Virus record (IMG/VR): IMGVR_UViG_3300049924_000319
Coordinates: 1 to 38,358 of that record
Direction: 5' to 3' (one strand)
Length of the DNA stretch: 38,358 nt
Source of the DNA: a virus
Lineage: Duplodnaviria > Caudoviricetes
The notes under the pieces are model-generated. The model did not search any database. It saw only the letters and a list, made by a program, of their open reading frames with translations, and had not been told where the DNA came from. Positions within the stretch are counted from its first letter, which is position 1, and each line of letters starts with the position of its first letter. The translations under genes and the position numbers were made by a program. Below are positions 27,623-36,375 of the stretch, piece by piece.

Positions 27623-27624
27623 CG

Positions 27625-27966
27625 TCAAACCTCCGGTGTGGGAATGAAGTGAAGGGGAATGCCGTGGGTGATGTGGGATTGCGTCTGGTCGGCCGACACA
27701 ACCCACATTTTCTTTGCATAGTCGTATACGTGAACGCCCAGCACCTGCTTGCCCCTGAAGCCCAGCACAGGTCCGTCTCGTGGGTCGATGGCAGCAATGG
27801 GCCGTGGCGTCATCAGCACGCATTCGATGGCTTTGATGAACATGGCATTGAACAGGTATGATGTGTCCCTCGACCAGGAAGACAAATTATGTTCTTCGGA
27901 AACCATCATCAGCCGTTGCACGGCGCTGTGGCATTTTACAAGCTGGGTCAGTGTCGGGTTATCCAT
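27625..27966 (-). CDS. Hypothetical protein
   Basis: 113 aa in operon; C-terminal RPIAAIDPRDGPVL...ITH pattern. Confidence 0.6.
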   Translation of the reverse strand: MDNPTLTQLVKCHSAVQRLMMVSEEHNLSSWSRDTSYLFNAMFIKAIECVLMTPRPIAAIDPRDGPVLGFRGKQVLGVHVYDYAKKMWVVSADQTQSHITHGIPLHFIPTPEV

Positions 27967-28060
27967 GGCGGCTCATCCAAATCGCAACTGCCACGTTGAT
28001 GAACAGGACAATGGCACCGCCCAGTAAAATAAGCAGCATTACATCTGGCAGCCTATCCAT
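27959..28060 (-). CDS. 33-aa single-TM protein
   Basis: MDRLPDVMLLILLGGAIVLFINVAVAIWMSRHG; overlaps both neighbours; below the ORF-track cutoff. Confidence 0.5.
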   Translation of the reverse strand: MDRLPDVMLLILLGGAIVLFINVAVAIWMSRHG

Positions 28061-28367
28061 GTGGAGCATCCAGCTGATCTGCGATGTGCGTGAGTATCAC
28101 CTCCGGCACTTTCACTTTTGCGTCATTGGCCTTCTTCTCATTCTTGCTGGCGGCAATATCATTCTCCACCTCACGGATGCGCCGTTCGAGGATCCACGCC
28201 ACATCCTCGCCGTAGCCCTGTGGCTGTTGCGGCACCAGCACGGCCAGCATTTTGCTCATGTCGTCATAGGCCCTGGCACGCGGCCGCAACGTCTCCACCT
28301 CTTGGCGCAGCTGTTTGATTTCCATCAGGCAGCGCCGTGCCATTTCAATGAATTCCTGTTCCATCAT
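28053..28367 (-). CDS. Hypothetical coiled-coil protein
   Basis: MMEQEFIEM start; LRPRARAYD motif. Confidence 0.65.
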   Translation of the reverse strand: MMEQEFIEMARRCLMEIKQLRQEVETLRPRARAYDDMSKMLAVLVPQQPQGYGEDVAWILERRIREVENDIAASKNEKKANDAKVKVPEVILTHIADQLDAPHG

Positions 28368-30229
28368 AGCCTCATGTCCTCTGCAGGCGTGGCCACCGGC
28401 AGCGGCGCCACGCGGTTCAGCACTGTTTCGAGTTTGAAGGCCGTGCCTTTTGCCTTCACGCCTGTCACCCAGCCTTGCGCCACGCGATAGGTGTCCTGTG
28501 GCGCCTGCCTGAGCGCGCCGCTCCATACACCTGCGCCCAGTTCGCCTTGCCATTTCGAGCCGAAGAACAGCTTGGTCAGCAGCGTGTGGTTGTTGGGAAT
28601 GAACAATTCCATGTGCTGCGCGGTGAGCGTGGGCTTGAGCAGCGTCAGCCCGGTTTTCTGTGACAGGGCACGCGCTTCATCGAAATCCATCTTGCCATGC
28701 CACAGGCGTTCCAGCACCTCGCCCATGGTTTGCTGGCCGCCACCCTTCCAGGCTTCAATCGGCGCTGACAGCACGTGATTGAGGCACAGGCGCCAGTTTT
28801 CTTCCGCATCCTCATATTCCACCATGTGGCGGGCTTCAAACAGGTCAGCCCAGTACTTGCCATCCTCGGCCAGCGCCTGCATGGGCAATTGCAATTCGCC
28901 GGCATCATTGCCGATCAGCAGGTCGGCACAGGCCAGAAGCGTGCCGAAGGTGTCCTGGCCACGGCTGTCATGGCCGGCGCGTGAGAGCGCCGCGCGATAG
29001 AAATTCCAGGTTGATGTGAAGCGCGGCCAGCCATCAATCATCTGCCGCATGATCATGCGCCCCATGCGGGCCAGTTTCGGCTGGTCGAGGTCGGGCGGCG
29101 TGGAGCCTTGCGGCAAGCGCCGCAAGCGCAGCAGCGCCATGCGTGACAGGTCCTGCGGTTCAAGCGGCGGTGAATTGATCGAGGAAAACGCAAAGCACGA
29201 GCGCGCATTGAATTGCGTGCCCTTGTGTTCACTGCCGCCGCGCAGCATCAGGTCACCAGAGGCCGCCAGCCGTGCCAGTTCCAGAATGGCCTTGGCCTTG
29301 CGGTTGTCGGCCTTGCCTTCCAGTTCATCCACGGCAACCGGCAGGCTGTCACTGCGCAGGTTCTGGTAAATGCCGGCCGCCGTTGTGTCGGCCGCCTTGA
29401 TCAGCATGTTGCCGAAAATCATTTTCATGATTTTCTGCAGGGTGGATTTGCCCGTGGCCTTGTCGCCGGTCATGTAGATGGCGGGCCGCCAGGGCAGCGC
29501 CCCGCCAATCATCGCAGCGCCAATCCAGCCCATGAACAGCACCGGGTCCATGTCCGGCCGTTCCCAGTTGAAGGTCTTGAGCAGCGCATGGAGTTTGACG
29601 GCGGGTCCACCGGACAGCCCCATGGGCTTCGGCCACGGGTGCATCACGGGCGGCCGCGTCATGTACACATCGCCATCATATTCGCCCAAGCCTTGCGTGT
29701 GCCCCTGCGCATAAAGCTGCGTGCCGCAATGCACGGCCAGCGAGCCATCACTCATCAGCCAGGCGCCACGCCCGCGTGCCCGTTCCACGGCATCCCAGGG
29801 CCCCTTGTGGGCACAGGCCGCCATCAGGGTTTCGCGCACTTTTTCGGCGCGCCAGGCCACCACGGCGCCATCCTTGTCTTTCCTCGGCCACGCCCAATAG
29901 AGATAGAGGTGCCGCCCCATGAACAGCGCGTTGATGTTGTTCTGCGAGAAATCTTTCGACGCCATGTCGTTCAGCTGGCCCAGCGTGTCGAGAAACCAAT
30001 AGGTCTTGCCGTCAACCCCCAGGGGGATGACAGGGCAATCGGGCGGCAGGCCAATGTCGTCGGCATCCCATTCACCGGCGCGCGTGCCTTCGCGCTCGTC
30101 GCCCGGCACGGGATCGCGCGCCGCCAGCTTTTTCAGCCAGGCGCTGTTGTCCTGTTCGGCTTCGGCAATGGCAGCGGCCAGGCCGTCTGCGCCTTCATCG
30201 GCCAGCGTGGTGTTGGGCTTGATCATCAA
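28364..30229 (-). CDS. P-loop ATPase, putative replicative helicase
   Basis: Walker A GDKATGKST, Walker B VAVDE, FAFSSIN, DLSR; downstream of primase. Confidence 0.8.
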   Translation of the reverse strand: MMIKPNTTLADEGADGLAAAIAEAEQDNSAWLKKLAARDPVPGDEREGTRAGEWDADDIGLPPDCPVIPLGVDGKTYWFLDTLGQLNDMASKDFSQNNINALFMGRHLYLYWAWPRKDKDGAVVAWRAEKVRETLMAACAHKGPWDAVERARGRGAWLMSDGSLAVHCGTQLYAQGHTQGLGEYDGDVYMTRPPVMHPWPKPMGLSGGPAVKLHALLKTFNWERPDMDPVLFMGWIGAAMIGGALPWRPAIYMTGDKATGKSTLQKIMKMIFGNMLIKAADTTAAGIYQNLRSDSLPVAVDELEGKADNRKAKAILELARLAASGDLMLRGGSEHKGTQFNARSCFAFSSINSPPLEPQDLSRMALLRLRRLPQGSTPPDLDQPKLARMGRMIMRQMIDGWPRFTSTWNFYRAALSRAGHDSRGQDTFGTLLACADLLIGNDAGELQLPMQALAEDGKYWADLFEARHMVEYEDAEENWRLCLNHVLSAPIEAWKGGGQQTMGEVLERLWHGKMDFDEARALSQKTGLTLLKPTLTAQHMELFIPNNHTLLTKLFFGSKWQGELGAGVWSGALRQAPQDTYRVAQGWVTGVKAKGTAFKLETVLNRVAPLPVATPAEDMRL

Positions 30230-30273
30230 TGGGCATGGGGCGGCCGGGGAGAAACGGCCGCCCTGCTCTCCTG

Positions 30274-31008
30274 CTATTTGCGGCGCTTGGATTTGCGGCT
30301 GTCAGTCACGGCGGGGTTTGCTTCATCGCCATCCACGCTGCCGCCTTCGCTGGCCTCCTCGTCTTCGTCCACCACATCCCCGCCTTCACCGGCCCGTTCC
30401 GTGTCGGGCCTGGCCAGGATCACCGGCTTGTCAGGCAGTGGGTTTTCTGGAACAGCGGCGTGGCCCGCAATATTTGCAGACACGTGACCGGGTTCATCAG
30501 CATCCAGTGCTCGAACGCTGCCATCTTCAGGACCATTTCCTCCTGCGTCTGTTCCGGGCTGGATGGGGTCCGCTGCCTGTTCAGCGCCTGCCTCGTCCGC
30601 AACCTGCGCCGCCCGGCCCCAGTCATGTGTGGCATAAATGGTTTTCTCATGGTCATCCTCTTCAATGAGTGTTTCATAGGATGATGCAGCAAGTGTAGGC
30701 GCGGCCGCTGCAGGCGCTTCGATCAGCGCATTGAGGATGGGCACCGATACAGTGAACAGCGTGAAGCACAGTTTCACATCAGCCGCACGTTCCGCATAGG
30801 GCAGATCAGGGTTGAAGGTGCCCTTGCCCTGCTGGTGCAGGTAAAAGCTTTCCGCACTGAGCCGGTGCTGCACCACTTCATCAAACAGCTCTTGCGCCTG
30901 GGGCGTGGCCCAGTCGTGGAACTGCAAGGCTTCCTCTGCATCATCCGCGAAGGCCTGCTGGGCAATGCGCACGGCGAGTTGCGCCGCATGGGTTTTGGAC
31001 GTGATCAT
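30274..31008 (-). CDS. Hypothetical protein with acidic disordered C-terminal half
   Basis: 244 aa, coupled to the primase stop. Confidence 0.65.
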   Translation of the reverse strand: MITSKTHAAQLAVRIAQQAFADDAEEALQFHDWATPQAQELFDEVVQHRLSAESFYLHQQGKGTFNPDLPYAERAADVKLCFTLFTVSVPILNALIEAPAAAAPTLAASSYETLIEEDDHEKTIYATHDWGRAAQVADEAGAEQAADPIQPGTDAGGNGPEDGSVRALDADEPGHVSANIAGHAAVPENPLPDKPVILARPDTERAGEGGDVVDEDEEASEGGSVDGDEANPAVTDSRKSKRRK

Positions 31009-32084
31009 GATATACCTCTCAAAAAATCATTGGCATCCTTGCCCGCAAAGCTGCGGGCCACGGTCACCGGGCGCTTGCAACGCAAAGCCGCCACGGCCTT
31101 GTCCAGCTGGCTGCGGGCATGTTCGCCCGCGTCATTGTCAGCAAAAACAATCACACGCGACACACAAGGGTGATCAACCGGCACTTGGGCAATGTTGCCC
31201 AGGGTGCCAGCCGCCCACACGCGATAGTCCGGGCAGGCCAGGGCCAGGCTCAAACCATTTTCAATGCCTTCGGCGATGAGCAGCGGCAGCGCCTCAACCG
31301 GATTGCGCTTCACTGCTTCTTCCGGCGCCAGCTTGCCTGCGCCCTTGGCCAGGCGGATCACGGCACCTTGCCAGCCATGCGGCCAGATTTTTTTCTGTGG
31401 CTCCACCGGGGCCTTGCCCCGTCCATCCGCCGCCAGAAAGGTGCGATGCACGGCAATGATCTGCCCTGCCGCATCGGTCATCGCCGCAATCAGGCAGGGC
31501 CAGTCGGTGATCACGCCATCCCTGTCGCGGTGTTCAGCCTTGGGCAGAAAGCGCAAGGCGCGCGGCGGGTGCGCAAGCCGCGCAATCTCCACGCCGCGAA
31601 AGCGCAGATAGGTTTCAGCCAGCGTGCCCTCAATGGTGGGCTGGGCCGCCAGCCACCAGGCCTTGGCCTTGCGCCGCTTCGTCGCCAGTTCCTCGCGCTG
31701 CAGGCGATCATCCTGGTCGGCCAGGTAACGGTCGTCCTTGCGTTTGGTTTCCAGCGTCTTGCGGTCAATCCCGGCGCGCCAGCCCAGCCAGTCCAGGCAC
31801 CAGTGCAGCGTGGCCTTGCGGTCAGAAAGCCCCATGCAATACGTCACGTAGTCAATCACATCGCCCTTGTCGCCGGTGGCGCGGTCTTCCCAGGCGCCCG
31901 TGGCATGGCCGGAGAGCTTGATATAGAACGAGCCGATGCGCTTGTCGGCGCGCGTGGGATTGAGCGCGAAATAATAGCCATTGTTCTTGTGGCCGCCCGG
32001 CGCGCATTCACGCGCCAGCCGTTCGATGCGGCGTAGGAGTTCCGCCTTCACTTCCTTGAAGTCGGGCACGCGCGTGTCAGCCAT
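31005..32084 (-). CDS. DNA primase (TOPRIM)
   Basis: AETYLRFRG, AVHRTFL, IAEGIENGLS, VFADND, GKDANDFL. Confidence 0.9.
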   Translation of the reverse strand: MADTRVPDFKEVKAELLRRIERLARECAPGGHKNNGYYFALNPTRADKRIGSFYIKLSGHATGAWEDRATGDKGDVIDYVTYCMGLSDRKATLHWCLDWLGWRAGIDRKTLETKRKDDRYLADQDDRLQREELATKRRKAKAWWLAAQPTIEGTLAETYLRFRGVEIARLAHPPRALRFLPKAEHRDRDGVITDWPCLIAAMTDAAGQIIAVHRTFLAADGRGKAPVEPQKKIWPHGWQGAVIRLAKGAGKLAPEEAVKRNPVEALPLLIAEGIENGLSLALACPDYRVWAAGTLGNIAQVPVDHPCVSRVIVFADNDAGEHARSQLDKAVAALRCKRPVTVARSFAGKDANDFLRGIS

Positions 32085-32475
32085 TGAGAATGCTTTCAAT
32101 CAGGCTGAGGTAGCGCTGGAAGCGCGGGTTCTCGCGTTCATCCTCCACCGTCTGCACAATGCGGCTGATGTGCCCGCGCTGAATGTCGGTCACCGCCTCA
32201 ATGTCGGCATAGGGCACGCAGAAATGCGTGTGCAGCAGATAAACCGCCATGTAGCGGCAGCCATTGGCCGTCTGCCAGGTCTTGCTGCGCGTGCGCTGGG
32301 TGTCGCGGCCTTTCAGGCTCAACACATAGGCGGGGGCCACGCCGGTGCGCTCGGCAAACAGCGTGGCCAGCATGTGATAGATATAGCGCACATGCGAATG
32401 CCGCTCGCGGTCAATGGCCAGCGTGGCCACCAGCCCGCTTTGATAGTTGCGCGGCTCAGCCAGCACGTTGGGCAT
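32077..32475 (-). CDS. DnaA C-terminal-like HTH DNA-binding protein
   Basis: RYMAVYLLHTHFCVPYADIE......HISRIVQTVEDERENPRF resembles DnaA domain IV. Confidence 0.65.
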   Translation of the reverse strand: MPNVLAEPRNYQSGLVATLAIDRERHSHVRYIYHMLATLFAERTGVAPAYVLSLKGRDTQRTRSKTWQTANGCRYMAVYLLHTHFCVPYADIEAVTDIQRGHISRIVQTVEDERENPRFQRYLSLIESILNG

Positions 32476-32638
32476 GCAATTGCCTCGCAATGTAACCGGA
32501 GAGTTTGGCCATCATCATCACCGCCTGGCGCTCATCCAGCCGCACCACGCGCAGGGTTCCGGCATCGTCCAGCGGCACCACCAGCTCAACAGCCTGCATG
32601 TCGGCACTGTCCCTGAGATAGGGGGCAAGCGGGTTCAT
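32456..32638 (-). CDS. Hypothetical protein
   Basis: 60 aa, ATGA coupling. Confidence 0.55.
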   Translation of the reverse strand: MNPLAPYLRDSADMQAVELVVPLDDAGTLRVVRLDERQAVMMMAKLSGYIARQLHAQRAG

Positions 32639-32856
32639 GTGGTCACCACCGGCAGGCGGATGCCCGCAAAGCGCAGGAACATCAGTTCGCGCAGGGCCGA
32701 ACGGCCATCATGCGTCAGGCTGTCCCACAGCTTGCACAGCGCCTCATAGGTCTGTTCGCGTGTCAGCGCCTTGTCGGCCACCAGCCTGTCCAGTTCGGCC
32801 TCGATCAGCCGCAGGTCTGGCAGCATGGCCTGAATGGTTTGGGCCGTGGGCTTCAT
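32635..32856 (-). CDS. Hypothetical protein
   Basis: MKPTAQ start, ATGA coupling. Confidence 0.55.
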   Translation of the reverse strand: MKPTAQTIQAMLPDLRLIEAELDRLVADKALTREQTYEALCKLWDSLTHDGRSALRELMFLRFAGIRLPVVTT

Positions 32857-33095
32857 CCGAATATCTCGACGCAAATAAACTGGATGGCAGCAAACGGAAT
32901 GATGGTGAGCTTGAGCCGTGGCACGCGCTCGCGCAGCACCACAAAGCCTTCAATATCATAGTCCACATCATCTTCATTGACAGTGATGATGCACATCTGC
33001 GCGTTGGTGAAGGCAATCGTATAGCGCACCACTTGCTCAGCTGACACGGGAATGCGCTGCGCGATCTCCCGCGCCTTTTTTAAAACATTATCCAT
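32853..33095 (-). CDS. Hypothetical protein
   Basis: MDNVLKK start with GGGAG RBS. Confidence 0.55.
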   Translation of the reverse strand: MDNVLKKAREIAQRIPVSAEQVVRYTIAFTNAQMCIITVNEDDVDYDIEGFVVLRERVPRLKLTIIPFAAIQFICVEIFG

Positions 33096-33270
33096 GGCGC
33101 GCACTCCCGTGCATCGCAAAGGCCGCAAGCGCATTGATCGCCACGGTGCTGCGCGCATAGCACTTGAAGCTGATCTGCAGCGGCGGAAACATCCGGGCGA
33201 TGATCCAGGCCGCACTTGCCGTGCTGGCGTCCTCTTGTGACTTGTCGAAATCATCCAGGCGTTGCATCAC
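33088..33270 (-). CDS. Hypothetical protein
   Basis: 60 aa, coupled to the cro-like gene, AGGAG RBS. Confidence 0.5.
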   Translation of the reverse strand: MMQRLDDFDKSQEDASTASAAWIIARMFPPLQISFKCYARSTVAINALAAFAMHGSARHG

Positions 33271-33524
33271 AGGCTCCTGCCCTCAAAGCTGCGCAGCGCA
33301 TTGACCAGCTTGTTGATGGTGCGGAAATTCGGCGTGCGCGCGGGGTCGGCCCGCAAGCGGTGCACGGCCGAGGCCGACACATCGGCCCGCCTGCACAATT
33401 GTTCCAGCGACACGCCAAGCCGCGCCCGCCGCTTCTCCATGTCCTCGAAAGTCTGCCGCGCCGGGGCCAGGGGCTTGCGCCGCTTGGCCCGCGCGGGCGT
33501 GATTTTGGCTTTCCGCTTGTCCAT
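33267..33524 (-). CDS. cro: Cro-like HTH (XRE) protein
   Basis: RRARLGVSLEQLCRRADVSASAVHRL...PNFRTINKL; divergent from the repressor. Confidence 0.8.
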   Translation of the reverse strand: MDKRKAKITPARAKRRKPLAPARQTFEDMEKRRARLGVSLEQLCRRADVSASAVHRLRADPARTPNFRTINKLVNALRSFEGRSL

Positions 33525-33655
33525 TGACTGTCACCGCATAATCATGTGATTGTCACCTTAGACAGGCGACATTGGTGATTTGTCAAGTGGTGAGTATCGC
33601 GGTTACACAGACAAGTGTCAGGGGCATGGTTGTGCCCACCATGACAATCGACACC
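33524..33655. promoter_or_regulatory. Immunity control region (OR-like)
   Basis: GTGATTGTCAC at 33546 and GAC-N4-GTC-type imperfect palindromes between divergent HTH genes. Confidence 0.6.
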
Positions 33656-34273
33656 GACCAGCGCGATTTCCTGCAACGCATCATTGATCGCACCGGCTGG
33701 ACCATCACCGAACTGGCCAACCGGGCTGGCCTCGATCACTCCACCCTCACACGCTTCATGGCGGGCGGCCGCGAGGGCCACGTGCTGCGCTTCTCCACCA
33801 TCCGCAAGCTGGAAAGCGTCTCCGGCCTGGGCTTCACCGGCCAGGGCAATTTTGCCAAACCGTTGGGCGAAGCCAAGGGCCACACAGGCGGCTTTGCCGA
33901 AAATGAGGCAGTCCCCTACCGGCCGGGGCAGGAAAGCGCGTCAGACGGCGTTATTGCGGCCGCAATCGGCCAAAAGAACACCGCTGATGCCTGGGTGCTG
34001 CGCTCACGCGCCCTGGAAGGCCTGGGCTACCGGCCGGGCGATGTGCTGATTGTCGATCTCGCCGCCCATCCGCAACCCGGTGATGTGGTCTGTGCGCAAG
34101 TGGTGGACTGGCAGAAGGGCGTGGCCGAAACCGTGTTCCGCTCCTACAGGCCGCCCTGCCTCGTCGCCGTCACCCCGGATGAAAGCCTGCTGCAGCCCCA
34201 CATCATAGATCACGCCGCTGTCACCATCAAAGGTGTGGTTACGCACCTCATCCGCAGGCGCGCCGCCGCCTGA
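33626..34273 (+). CDS. cI: CI-like repressor (XRE HTH plus S24-like domain); alternative start 33641
   Basis: GWTITELANRAGLDHSTLTRF HTH; GYRPGDVLIVD, PGDVVCA and IKGVV C-terminal motifs. Confidence 0.85.
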   Translation: MVVPTMTIDTDQRDFLQRIIDRTGWTITELANRAGLDHSTLTRFMAGGREGHVLRFSTIRKLESVSGLGFTGQGNFAKPLGEAKGHTGGFAENEAVPYRPGQESASDGVIAAAIGQKNTADAWVLRSRALEGLGYRPGDVLIVDLAAHPQPGDVVCAQVVDWQKGVAETVFRSYRPPCLVAVTPDESLLQPHIIDHAAVTIKGVVTHLIRRRAAA

Positions 34274-34292
34274 ACAACAACCTGCGCGCGAC

Positions 34293-34372
34293 CGTGAAAC
34301 ACCCCTGTCGTTTCACGTGTGACAAATGTCGCGTGATTGTCACTTGACTATGTGACGTTTGTCATTAACCTG
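34293..34372 (+). promoter_or_regulatory. OL/PL-like operators and promoter
   Basis: GTGACAAATGTCGC, GTGATTGTCAC (34333) and GTGACGTTTGTCAT around a TTGACT -35. Confidence 0.65.
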
Positions 34373-34404
34373 CACGCCACTGATTTGCAGTGGAGGGCAG
34401 GCCG

Positions 34405-34719
34405 GTGAAACTGGTTTTTTCCAAGCAGGAATTGATGACGGCACTCGCCTTCAACAGCGAGCGCGCCCTGGACACCGCCCTGCCGCGCCTGGTGCGGCTG
34501 GGCTTTCCCACCCGCGTGCCGGGCCTGGGCGCGCGCTGGTCTGTCGCCGCCGTCGAAGCCTGGATCAACAGCCACCACGCAACCCTGCAGCCGGTGCAGG
34601 CGCTACCCTGTGATGCACCGGCGCATGCGACGGATGCAGGTACGCCCCCACTGCCTGCATCCGTCTTCCAGATCCAGCAACACCTTGAACAGCGCATTGC
34701 CGAAAGGAGAAAAGTCTGA
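34405..34719 (+). CDS. Xis/AlpA-like winged-helix protein
   Basis: GFPTRVPGLGARWSVAAVEAWIN; GGAGG RBS before GTG. Confidence 0.65.
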   Translation: MKLVFSKQELMTALAFNSERALDTALPRLVRLGFPTRVPGLGARWSVAAVEAWINSHHATLQPVQALPCDAPAHATDAGTPPLPASVFQIQQHLEQRIAERRKV

Positions 34720-34940
34720 TGGCTATTCAGCACACGGATGATCTGCACGACATGGCCCTGGGCGAAGATGCGGAAACCATGCTGGCCGATGCCCTGGCAG
34801 GCATGGTGAGACTGCATCAGGCCATGATGCATCAGATCAATCATGCCACATCATTCTACAGTGCAGACACATTGCGCCAGATGAATGAGGCACCGGCCGC
34901 AGCACTTCGCGCACTGGCGCGTGTGGGGGTGGAGCCATGA
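34719..34940 (+). CDS. Hypothetical protein
   Basis: AGGAG RBS, coupled. Confidence 0.65.
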   Translation: MAIQHTDDLHDMALGEDAETMLADALAGMVRLHQAMMHQINHATSFYSADTLRQMNEAPAAALRALARVGVEP

Positions 34941-35176
34941 GGCCGCTCTCCACCAACCTGCTCAACGTCCTCACGCAAGCCAGCCACGGGCCATTGCGCC
35001 GCGTCAATGGTGGCTGGGCCAGCAAGACGCATCTGTTCGTCACCATGCGCCAGGCCAGGGCGCTGCAGGAACGCAAGCTGCTGGCGCCGGTCAACAGTTC
35101 CTGGGGTTCGCTGCTGGTTCTCACGGCCGCAGGCCGCGCCGTGTTCAGCGAGACACCGAAAAAGCGCAGCGCCTGA
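34937..35176 (+). CDS. Hypothetical small winged-helix-like protein
   Basis: ARALQERKLL...LVLTAAGRAV; ATGA coupling. Confidence 0.55.
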   Translation: MRPLSTNLLNVLTQASHGPLRRVNGGWASKTHLFVTMRQARALQERKLLAPVNSSWGSLLVLTAAGRAVFSETPKKRSA

Positions 35177-35294
35177 CATGCTGCAGGATCCCGCCACCAG
35201 GGCACTGTGGAGCGCCCATCAGGCCGCCATGGCGCGGGCACACATCATTGAAGAATTTGTACTGCGTAAACCAACCCCAACAGGAGAAGCACCT

Positions 35295-35579
35295 ATGTCA
35301 GACCAACTGAAACCCGTCATCGTGCGCACCCAATCTGCGGGCGCGCATTTTGGCTATCTGAAAGCCCGTGACGGCAAGGAAGTGCAGCTGGAAAAATCCC
35401 GCCGCCTCTGGCGCTGGTTCGGGGCCTGGACCTTGAGCGAGATTGCCACATCAGGCCTTGACGTGAAGAAAAGCAAGATCGGCGCACCCGTCTCCATCGT
35501 GCTGACGGAAGCCATCGAGATCATCGACTGCACGGCAGAAGCCGCTGGCATCATCGAGAGCGCCACATGGGCGGCGTAA
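35295..35579 (+). CDS. DUF6948-like phage protein
   Basis: VIVRTQSAGAHFGYL...V.L..SRRLWRW.GA.TLSEIA..G...LTEAIEIIDCT; AGGAG RBS. Confidence 0.8.
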   Translation: MSDQLKPVIVRTQSAGAHFGYLKARDGKEVQLEKSRRLWRWFGAWTLSEIATSGLDVKKSKIGAPVSIVLTEAIEIIDCTAEAAGIIESATWAA

Positions 35580-35824
35580 GCACCAAGACCGGCGACGGCT
35601 ACGGCTCCGGCTACGGCTACGGCTCCGGCGACGGCTCCGGCGACGGCTCCGGCGACGGCTACGGCTCCGGCGACGGCTCCGGCGACGGCTCCGGCGACGG
35701 CTACGGCTCCGGCTACAGCGACGGCTACGGCTCCGGCTACAGCGACGGCTACGGCGACGGCTACGGCTCCGGCTACGGCTACGGCTCCGGCTCCGGCGAC
35801 GGCTCCGGCGACGGCTCCGGCTGA
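35567..35824 (+). CDS. (Gly-Asp/Tyr/Ser)n repeat peptide (translation unproven)
   Basis: 85-aa ORF overlapping the upstream stop; TGA immediately after the last repeat. Confidence 0.5.
   Translation: MGGVSTKTGDGYGSGYGYGSGDGSGDGSGDGYGSGDGSGDGSGDGYGSGYSDGYGSGYSDGYGDGYGSGYGYGSGSGDGSGDGSG
35591..35821 (+). repeat. Hexamer tandem array GGC(GAC/TAC/TCC) x38
   Basis: Directly visible; two AGCGAC variant units. Confidence 0.97.
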
Positions 35825-35909
35825 ACAGGGGAATACTTCGGAATGGCATCGAGCCATTCCGAAGTCTGTCTATCGACACCAAAACCAACCTCACATGAGA
35901 GACGAAAAC

Positions 35910-36101
35910 ATGTCGCGCGAAACACGCCGCACACAATCACCAGCCATCCTGCCAGACCGGGCGCACCTGCCGCTGCTGCAGGCCTTGGCTGTCACCATCG
36001 GCAAGCTGTTGCCGCACCACATGCGCTTCACGCTTGTCACCTTCAATGCAGCGGGAATGGTGCAGGATTATATTTCCTCGCATCAACCCAAGCGCTCCTG
36101 A
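35910..36101 (+). CDS. Hypothetical protein
   Basis: Short ORF in the operon direction. Confidence 0.5.
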   Translation: MSRETRRTQSPAILPDRAHLPLLQALAVTIGKLLPHHMRFTLVTFNAAGMVQDYISSHQPKRS

Positions 36102-36115
36102 CAGGCCGCCCGCGC

Positions 36116-36343
36116 ATGATCATCCGGCTGTGCAATCACCTCAAGGTCTACAAGGATTTCGACACGCCTTTGACCGGCGCACCAGCCTTTGTGTCGTTTG
36201 ATTTCCGCTCCTGGCAGCGCCGCGCCGGGCAAGTGGCGGAACCCTTCATCTATGACCAGGTGGATTTCTTCCCGCTGGATGAGTGCGCGGTTGTCAACAG
36301 CGGCCGCGAAACGCCATTGCAGGCCGAAGCGGCAAGCGCCTAA
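36116..36343 (+). CDS. Hypothetical protein
   Basis: MIIRLCNH start; precedes the integrase. Confidence 0.5.
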   Translation: MIIRLCNHLKVYKDFDTPLTGAPAFVSFDFRSWQRRAGQVAEPFIYDQVDFFPLDECAVVNSGRETPLQAEAASA

Positions 36344-36375
36344 CCTTATAGTTTCCACCCACGGGAGAGCGACCC

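Noticed and set aside
35591-35821. CRISPR array
   Set aside because: Contiguous 6-bp units with no unique spacers, and no cas genes.
35354-35936. Minus-strand Ala/Val- and Arg/Ser-repeat ORFs
   Set aside because: Alternative readings of the hexamer array, antisense to the operon.
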